From positions 1 through 11,304 of IMG/VR virus record IMGVR_UViG_3300000035_000055: a stretch of DNA of 11,304 nt. The stretch is one strand, 5' to 3'. Within the stretch, counting starts at the first letter, position 1, and each line of letters starts with the position of its first letter. Source of the DNA: a virus. The notes beneath the pieces are model-generated. The model saw nothing but the letters and a program-made list of their open reading frames with translations, was not told the origin of the DNA and ran no database searches. Both the position numbers and the translations under genes were made by a program. Below, in pieces: positions 6,181-11,304 of this stretch.

Positions 6181-7311
6181 TCACTTACCATGCAGTATGT
6201 TAGACTTTGCCGATGTCAATATGTAATTACGCACGATTTCACCAATTTCGTTGCTTTGATAGAACACCTTGTCTTTGGCAAAATAAGCACTGATTTTTCG
6301 GTCTATTTCGGTAGCGGTAGAAATTAACCGTCTATGATAATTAGGTCTGCCGTTCATGTCTAGCGTATAAATAAGTGAACCTTCCGTGTCTTTTATCGGT
6401 GTCGTTTTTGAGTGAATGTAAATAAAATTATCCGTGTCCGTCATAATCACGTTACCTTGCAACGTCACGTCTGAAAACACGATGTAGAAAATGAACTGTA
6501 CGTCACACGGTTTATATTTCACTGGCAAGTGTGGATAAACAGCCAATTCCCACTTACCGCCCGTTATCATCTGTAAGTTCTCATTATCGAAACAGAAATA
6601 CTTGTTCGATTTCTTTTGATGTTCGGTGCTGCTGCAATATTCAACTGCGACTGTCGCACCTGCGTCACCGAACTTATAGATGTCAATACTGCCCTGCTGC
6701 ATACGCTGTACACCCGTAAGTCCCATCTCTGCGAAATAAGGACAGTATTTGTTAACGGTGTTACCTAACATAAACACCTTGACATCGTCACGCTGTCTTA
6801 TTATTGTAGACAGCAGGTTCATGAACAACATAAATTCATCGGGTAGGTAATAACGTCTTGTCAAGAATTCATCAAATACGATAGTAGTGACATTAGGATA
6901 AGATGTCGATTTCTCATGTTCTTGTTCACTTAGACAGAACCCGTAACAGAACGGTGTTAAGTCGGGCACACGCTTACCCGTTTCACTGTCGAATGATGAC
7001 AAGAACCACTTGCCCGACAGATAGAACACTTCATTGAACTTACCGTCAGTCAGTGACGTGATAAGCCCGTTTTCGACTATACCCGAAAACAGCGTGTCGG
7101 CACGCTTGCCCCGTAAATCTTCACGCCACCTTCTGACGTAACACATCTGCTTGCCCGTTTTAAGATACTGTTTGATACCGTACAGTAATAGGGCGTATGT
7201 CTTGCCGTTTGAACGTTCACCGAAAATGACGTTATAGTCAGCGTGTTTCGCTAGTATGCTTGTAAGCGAATAATAACGGTTCTTTACTTCTTTTACCTTT
7301 ACTTGTTTCAT
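6181..7311 (-). CDS. DNA packaging (encapsidation) ATPase, phi29 gp16-like
   Basis: YNVIFGERSNGKTYA (Walker A) matches phi29 gp16 LNFVIGARGIGKSYA. CYVRRWREDL matches IYVRRYKPEL. EKSTSYPNVTTIVFDEFL (Walker B) matches EKSNAYPNVSTIVFDEFI. FMLGNTVNKYCPYF matches ICLSNAVSVVNPYF. Its ATG overlaps the polymerase stop (ATGA at 7308-7311). Confidence 0.92.
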   Translation of the reverse strand: MKQVKVKEVKNRYYSLTSILAKHADYNVIFGERSNGKTYALLLYGIKQYLKTGKQMCYVRRWREDLRGKRADTLFSGIVENGLITSLTDGKFNEVFYLSGKWFLSSFDSETGKRVPDLTPFCYGFCLSEQEHEKSTSYPNVTTIVFDEFLTRRYYLPDEFMLFMNLLSTIIRQRDDVKVFMLGNTVNKYCPYFAEMGLTGVQRMQQGSIDIYKFGDAGATVAVEYCSSTEHQKKSNKYFCFDNENLQMITGGKWELAVYPHLPVKYKPCDVQFIFYIVFSDVTLQGNVIMTDTDNFIYIHSKTTPIKDTEGSLIYTLDMNGRPNYHRRLISTATEIDRKISAYFAKDKVFYQSNEIGEIVRNYILTSAKSNILHGK

Positions 7312-9521
7312 AATTCTTTAAATTTAATACCCCGTAAATAATTCAGATATATCACCGACAGTGACAGTGTGTACGCTGTCGGTTCAAGGTGTACGCCCGA
7401 CAGTTCACTGAACTCTGACGTGTTACCTAAATAGTCAGTCAGACACCCCGTGACGGGATAGTCGACATAAGTGTGTATATTCTTGCCCGTTGCCGTTGCA
7501 GGAATGTCAAGATAATTCGTGAAAGCGTCAAAAATACCTTCGTCACCGTACTTATCCAAAAGATACGGTATCGCTGAACGCTTGTTCACACCCGACACCG
7601 TCAGTGAATAGTCATAATCAGTCTGACCGACAGTAAGTGCGTTTTCTTCTTCGACCATGTATCGTTTTGCACCTAACGTCTTGAACCTTCTGTACACACC
7701 TTCAAAATCCCACACACCCAACATCTTCGTCACACCCTTTATCGTTTTAGGAGAACACAGCGAAAAATCTATACCGTGATACTTGCACGCTTTTTTAAGT
7801 TTTGTTTCGACAAGATGGTTATAAGCGTCAAAATAGTCAGCGTGTTTTTCGTAATTCAAAATCTTGATACTGTCGGTATCTGAATATATGTAGTCACCCT
7901 TACATTCAAGTATGCCCGTGAACAAATTGCGTCTTGCATAAGCAGTCACGAATATGCCCCAACCGTAAAACAAAAAGCGATTGCGTGACTGATTATAAGA
8001 CATAAGCAGTTCTTCTTTCATGTCGGCTGTGACCTGCTGCGTGTCCCATACACCGTTGTATGTGAATTCTTCACGCAACGGGTTCGTGACCGTCATGCCG
8101 TAACATGAATTCAGCATTTCTTTGCTGTTAAGGTATTCTGTTTCCTTGCCTTTGACACCTTTCAAGGTAGTCTTTTTCTCATACAGATGTAATATCGATT
8201 TTACGAATTCTGTCGGCAGATACTGTTTTTCATATATCCACATTTGCCCGACTTTCAGATTACCCCAACTGTACAGACGTTTGATAATATCATAATCAAT
8301 GTTCGTTATCGTAAGACACACTTTTTCAGCAGCGACCAACCGCCCGTTATTTTCTGCCGTGTTGTGCTTTATCCAACATTTTGACACTGGTATATAGTTT
8401 TCAAAACTTTCACGGGCAAAGATGTCATCGAATTCAACGTCAAAGATGCAAAGGTACTTTTGCATGATGAACTGAAAATGTTTCATGCCTGCTACCTTCA
8501 CCCGTCTGCCCCGTGACATCGGGAATTGTTCTGCTATCATGACATACGGATAACTAGACGTAAAATCGTAACTTGCAACGTCTGTGACTGTAAGGTCGCT
8601 ATAATTAGCATTGGCGTGCGTGAACCCACCCATGAATGAACGCTGCATGATTTCGAATTCATCAAGTGACGTTATCTGTAAATCCTGCATCAGTTCGATA
8701 TAACGAAAGTTCTGCTGACGCTTGCCGTTTTCGTCACGTCTGAACAGACAGTTTTTGCGACAGTATTTGCGCACAAAACCCGTTTTTGTAAGCGGTATAT
8801 TGATTATATTCTTGTTATCTTCGATTTGCTGCTGTATGTACGCCATGACAACACGCACGTCATTGACACAGTACCCGATTTCCAATTCTGTAAGCGGTGT
8901 TTCGCTGTGGCGTAAAAGCGAGTAGTCCAAATCACCCGTCAGTTTGCTGACCTTGTATCGGTTAAGTTGTGAACCTAATTTTGCAAGCGAATACCCCGAC
9001 AAAAGATAAGAACATCTGAATTCTATAAAAGTGTCCGTAATTGCATAAATAGGTTTTCTTAAATCAATACTGAATACCTTATGCCACCCGAACAGTGAAC
9101 GTATGAACTGAAATTCGTATGACAGATTATGAACGTACACAATCAGATGTCGTTTTTCAGACAGTTCAAGTGCGTCAGCCATACGGTCACAGATATACAG
9201 AAATTCTTGCCATGTACGCCCGATTATTATATTACCGTTAATCCCGAATTGCCACACATACATGATACCTATTTTTTCGAATTTCGGTTTTTTGCCCGTC
9301 TTGTCAAATATTTCTTGTACTTGTTCGTATGTATATTGTCTACCGTCTAAATCACGGTAGAATGATGTTGTTTCGATGTCGAATGAACACGGTATATTGT
9401 AATAATATACACCTTTCGAATTGCCCCGTAAGTTCTTGTTGTTCACCGACAGTTTAAGAACTGTGTCGATGTCCTGCGGTCGGTATACATCACCGTGTTC
9501 GTTGAATTGTACTGCTTTCAT
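7308..9521 (-). CDS. Protein-primed family-B DNA polymerase (pPolB)
   Basis: Motifs found: ExoI SFDIETT (aa 46-52); ExoII HNLSYEFQF (131-139); ExoIII YCVND (217-221); motif A YDFTSSYPY (318-326); motif B KEMLNSCYG (467-475); motif C YSDTDS (546-551); KxY as GAKRY (617-621). Order and spacing match phi29 gp2, with extra length (737 versus 575 aa). Confidence 0.96.
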   Translation of the reverse strand: MKAVQFNEHGDVYRPQDIDTVLKLSVNNKNLRGNSKGVYYYNIPCSFDIETTSFYRDLDGRQYTYEQVQEIFDKTGKKPKFEKIGIMYVWQFGINGNIIIGRTWQEFLYICDRMADALELSEKRHLIVYVHNLSYEFQFIRSLFGWHKVFSIDLRKPIYAITDTFIEFRCSYLLSGYSLAKLGSQLNRYKVSKLTGDLDYSLLRHSETPLTELEIGYCVNDVRVVMAYIQQQIEDNKNIINIPLTKTGFVRKYCRKNCLFRRDENGKRQQNFRYIELMQDLQITSLDEFEIMQRSFMGGFTHANANYSDLTVTDVASYDFTSSYPYVMIAEQFPMSRGRRVKVAGMKHFQFIMQKYLCIFDVEFDDIFARESFENYIPVSKCWIKHNTAENNGRLVAAEKVCLTITNIDYDIIKRLYSWGNLKVGQMWIYEKQYLPTEFVKSILHLYEKKTTLKGVKGKETEYLNSKEMLNSCYGMTVTNPLREEFTYNGVWDTQQVTADMKEELLMSYNQSRNRFLFYGWGIFVTAYARRNLFTGILECKGDYIYSDTDSIKILNYEKHADYFDAYNHLVETKLKKACKYHGIDFSLCSPKTIKGVTKMLGVWDFEGVYRRFKTLGAKRYMVEEENALTVGQTDYDYSLTVSGVNKRSAIPYLLDKYGDEGIFDAFTNYLDIPATATGKNIHTYVDYPVTGCLTDYLGNTSEFSELSGVHLEPTAYTLSLSVIYLNYLRGIKFKEL

Positions 9522-9555
9522 TCTTATAATTGTATTTATTTAGATTATATGCTGC

Positions 9556-10185
9556 TTATAACATATCTTTAAGTTCATCATATATCCTGCGAACATTTTC
9601 TGTCATCTCGCTTGCTGCATCGTCTGCCTGGTGTTCGATGTCTTGTTGCAGTGCTTTCGAAAGTTGTTCAGCGTCACTTTCGATTTGGTCGCTTATGTCC
9701 TGTGCTGCCCGTTCAAGTTCACCCGAAAAATCCTTATAACGCATCAGATACTGTTCGACATATTCAGACGATTTTATACTGTCCAACTTACCCGACATAT
9801 AGTCAATCATGTCACTGTATTCTTGTTTCGTTAGGTCGTAACTTGTTCTGATATGTTCGTTGTACTGTCTTGCACCGCTTGCCATAGATGTCGGCTGTTT
9901 CAAGAACTGTACCGCTTTCGCATAATCTATCTTTAAATCTTTCCATGACTTACCACCGACAGAAAACTTGCTGTAACGGTCACTGTCAAGATGCAGTGAC
10001 TTAACAGCAGGAGAATATATCCCTGCTTTTTCAATGTTCTGAATTCGTCTGTTCGCTATCTGAAATACACGCTTGATTTCATCTTTCATGTCCTTGCTGC
10101 TTTCGGCAGCGTTCAGAATATCAGTGCGAAAGTCATTTTTCAGACGCTGAAACAGACTGTCAGAATAATTTATCTTACCTTTCAT
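9556..10185 (-). CDS. Candidate terminal (priming) protein, assigned by position only
   Basis: This 209-aa ORF lies immediately upstream of the pPolB gene, as gp3 does in phi29. It has a basic N-terminal half and an acidic, helical-looking C-terminal third. A genome with ITRs and a pPolB requires a terminal protein. No sequence-level similarity was recognised. Confidence 0.45.
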   Translation of the reverse strand: MKGKINYSDSLFQRLKNDFRTDILNAAESSKDMKDEIKRVFQIANRRIQNIEKAGIYSPAVKSLHLDSDRYSKFSVGGKSWKDLKIDYAKAVQFLKQPTSMASGARQYNEHIRTSYDLTKQEYSDMIDYMSGKLDSIKSSEYVEQYLMRYKDFSGELERAAQDISDQIESDAEQLSKALQQDIEHQADDAASEMTENVRRIYDELKDML

Positions 10186-10201
10186 AATTTACCTTTGCTT
10201 G

Positions 10202-10249
10202 AAAAAACGGGGTACAGTTGTAGCGTCATTTTCATACAACCATACCCCG
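10202..10249 (-). terminator. Rho-independent terminator between the early small ORFs and the replication genes
   Basis: In the minus-sense RNA, CGGGGUAUGGUUGU pairs with ACAACUGUACCCCG: 14 bp including two adjacent wobble pairs (U-G and G-U) that would be mismatches in the plus sense. The loop is 14 nt and is followed by UUUUUU (revcomp of 10202-10207). It starts 30 nt after the stop at 10279. Confidence 0.8.
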
Positions 10250-10278
10250 CAACTGATTAAACCTAAACAAATACTACA

Positions 10279-10650
10279 TTATAAGTCAACGAAATTGATA
10301 CCGTAACATTTGCGCCCGTGACTTTCGTACTCATAAATCGTATAACCGACTTTACCTTCACGGATAGCAGCGACAGCGTCAGCGTCATTCAAGATGTCAC
10401 GAACAGTGTCCGTCATGTGCGCTGGTATGTTAATTAGTTCTTTATGCTTGCTGTCGATGAACACGGGTGCTGTTTCGATTTTACCGTTGAAAATGAAACA
10501 CCCGTTAAAAGTGTGAATGTTGTCAGCACCGCCTCGCTTTTTGTCATTGTAGATGTTCGACAGTTTTGTGTACTCAAAACCCGTTGTGTCGATGTCGAAC
10601 TGTGCACCTTTATTGAACCTTGATGCAAAAGAAAAATTTTTCTGTTCCAT
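10279..10650 (-). CDS. Early protein of unknown function (ssDNA- or dsDNA-binding replication accessory candidate by position and size only)
   Basis: Clean 123-aa ORF with an ATG start, in line with the other genes. It occupies the position that SSB/DBP genes hold in phi29-like phages. No motif was recognised. Confidence 0.7.
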   Translation of the reverse strand: MEQKNFSFASRFNKGAQFDIDTTGFEYTKLSNIYNDKKRGGADNIHTFNGCFIFNGKIETAPVFIDSKHKELINIPAHMTDTVRDILNDADAVAAIREGKVGYTIYEYESHGRKCYGINFVDL

Positions 10651-10674
10651 GATTAAATAATTTATACGTTAATA

Positions 10675-10845
10675 CTATTTTGTGGGTTCGCTGCCGACTG
10701 ACAGCGAATTAACCCAAACTTTGAACCTATTTGCTTTAATAACCCAATTCGTATTCTTGCTGACTTCATCGTCTTGTATAAAAGCGTTCAAAGCACACAG
10801 CAAGTTGAACTGTACTTCATCGAAATTATTACGTTGTTCACCCAT
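10675..10845 (-). CDS. Small early ORF (56 aa) missing from the supplied ORF track
   Basis: Hand translation of the minus strand gives ATG at 10845: MGEQRNNFDEVQFNLLCALNAFIQDDEVSKNTNWVIKANRFKVWVNSLSVGSEPTK, with stop TAG at 10675-10677. It fills the only gap in an otherwise continuous minus-strand gene array, 11 nt after the upstream stop and 24 nt before the next ATG. Confidence 0.55.
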   Translation of the reverse strand: MGEQRNNFDEVQFNLLCALNAFIQDDEVSKNTNWVIKANRFKVWVNSLSVGSEPTK

Positions 10846-10856
10846 AATATCAAAAT

Positions 10857-11114
10857 TTAATGTGTACCAACAAGTTGGTGATTAAAATAATAACTGTTCA
10901 TGACTAGACGGTGTGTGAAATAACAATCGTCTAATACCTTCACATAACCTTTGCCGACTAGTTGTGACAGATAACCTTTAATCTGATTATCTGTAAGACC
11001 TAACATCTTATAGTCTGTTTCATCATAGCAAAAACACCCGTTTTCACCGTAACTGTTCGCATTTTCCACACATAGCGTGTAAATGATTTCTTCAATGTCT
11101 GTCAACTGTTTCAT
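10857..11114 (-). CDS. First early gene; possible small winged-helix DNA-binding protein
   Basis: 85-aa ORF with an ATG start, the first gene after the right-end promoter. LGLTDNQIKGYLSQLVGKGYVKVLDD resembles the recognition helix plus wing of wHTH regulators. This assignment is weak. Confidence 0.6.
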   Translation of the reverse strand: MKQLTDIEEIIYTLCVENANSYGENGCFCYDETDYKMLGLTDNQIKGYLSQLVGKGYVKVLDDCYFTHRLVMNSYYFNHQLVGTH

Positions 11115-11147
11115 AATATGTATCTATTTAAGTATAACTTTCGGTTG

Positions 11148-11155
11148 CAAATATA
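11148..11155 (-). promoter_or_regulatory. Candidate Bacteroidota-type -7 promoter element (TATATTTG) for the early genes
   Basis: Plus-strand caaatata is TATATTTG on the minus strand. It lies about 34 nt upstream of the first ATG (11114), inside the 140-nt non-coding stretch between the right ITR and the first gene. The octamer is identical to the one at 6126-6133. Confidence 0.55.
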
Positions 11156-11201
11156 CATCGTTTTCAGATAGGTTGTATCATTTATTGTGTTAAAAATATA
11201 A

Positions 11202-11220
11202 AAATAAAAAATTTTTATTT
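11202..11220. repeat. 19-bp all-A/T palindrome between the right ITR and the early promoter
   Basis: aaataaaaa-a-tttttattt has 9-nt perfect arms around a single central base. It sits in a longer A/T-only tract (about 11191-11220). Confidence 0.8.
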
Positions 11221-11254
11221 CTTTAACAAATAAATCTTACACACCGAAATACCC

Positions 11255-11304
11255 GTCATACAGCCGTTTTAAGACGCTTTTTTATATCTGATGAACTACT
11301 TAAA
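11255..11304. repeat. Right inverted terminal repeat (50 bp, perfect)
   Basis: Exact reverse complement of bases 1-50, ending at the last base of the window. Confidence 0.97.

Noticed and set aside
8270-8281. TGTACAGACGTT on the plus strand inside the polymerase gene, a 12-nt exact match to the reverse complement of 119-130, part of the recurrent motif
   Set aside because: It is in the opposite orientation and inside coding sequence. A few 12-mer matches are expected by chance in 11 kb when both orientations are considered.
10682-10885. 67-aa plus-strand ORF with a GTG start
   Set aside because: It would be the only plus-strand gene. It overlaps the end of the 85-aa gene and is antisense to a 56-aa ATG-initiated minus-strand ORF that fits the gene array exactly.
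1-11304. The ITRs as ends of a transposon or casposon-like element, or of a tectivirus/autolykivirus-type (double jelly-roll capsid) virus or linear plasmid
   Set aside because: No transposase, integrase or Cas1 is present, and there are no flanking host sequences or target-site duplications because the repeats reach the window ends. The structural genes match HK97-fold capsid, portal and gp16-type ATPase, not a DJR capsid with an FtsK-type ATPase.
1-11304. tRNA, rRNA, CRISPR arrays and integration/lysogeny functions
   Set aside because: No cloverleaf-like or direct-repeat/spacer structures were seen by eye, and no integrase-like or repressor-like ORF. The non-coding space, about 750 nt in total, is taken up by the ends, promoters, terminators and the 173-nt gap.

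Overview
The window appears to be a complete linear dsDNA genome (11,304 bp) of a very small phi29-like, protein-primed tailed phage. Bases 1-50 are the exact reverse complement of bases 11255-11304, so a perfect 50-bp inverted terminal repeat (ITR) reaches both ends. All 12 credible genes lie on the minus strand and are tightly packed; two junctions are 4-nt ATGA stop/start overlaps. Read right to left: (a) three small early ORFs of 85, 56 and 123 aa, the 56-aa one missing from the supplied ORF track; (b) an intrinsic terminator; (c) a 209-aa candidate terminal protein, a 737-aa family-B protein-primed DNA polymerase with all Exo and Pol motifs, and a phi29 gp16-like packaging ATPase; (d) an internal promoter; (e) a phi29 gp10-like portal with a roughly 120-aa hyper-acidic C-terminal extension, a 195-aa assembly protein and a phi29 gp8-like major capsid protein; (f) a 173-nt structured non-coding gap; (g) a 146-aa tail protein, a 633-aa tail protein with four tandem ~95-aa repeats, and a ~158-aa possible cell-wall hydrolase; (h) a terminal intrinsic terminator. 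Both predicted promoters carry TATATTTG (the Bacteroidota TAnnTTTG -7 element) and many genes lack Shine-Dalgarno sequences, which suggests a Bacteroidota host. That would be unusual for phi29-like phages, which are known mainly from Firmicutes. No tRNA, rRNA, CRISPR array, integrase, transposase, holin or spanin was recognised. All homology statements rest on motif recognition and recall of phi29 protein sequences, not on database searches.
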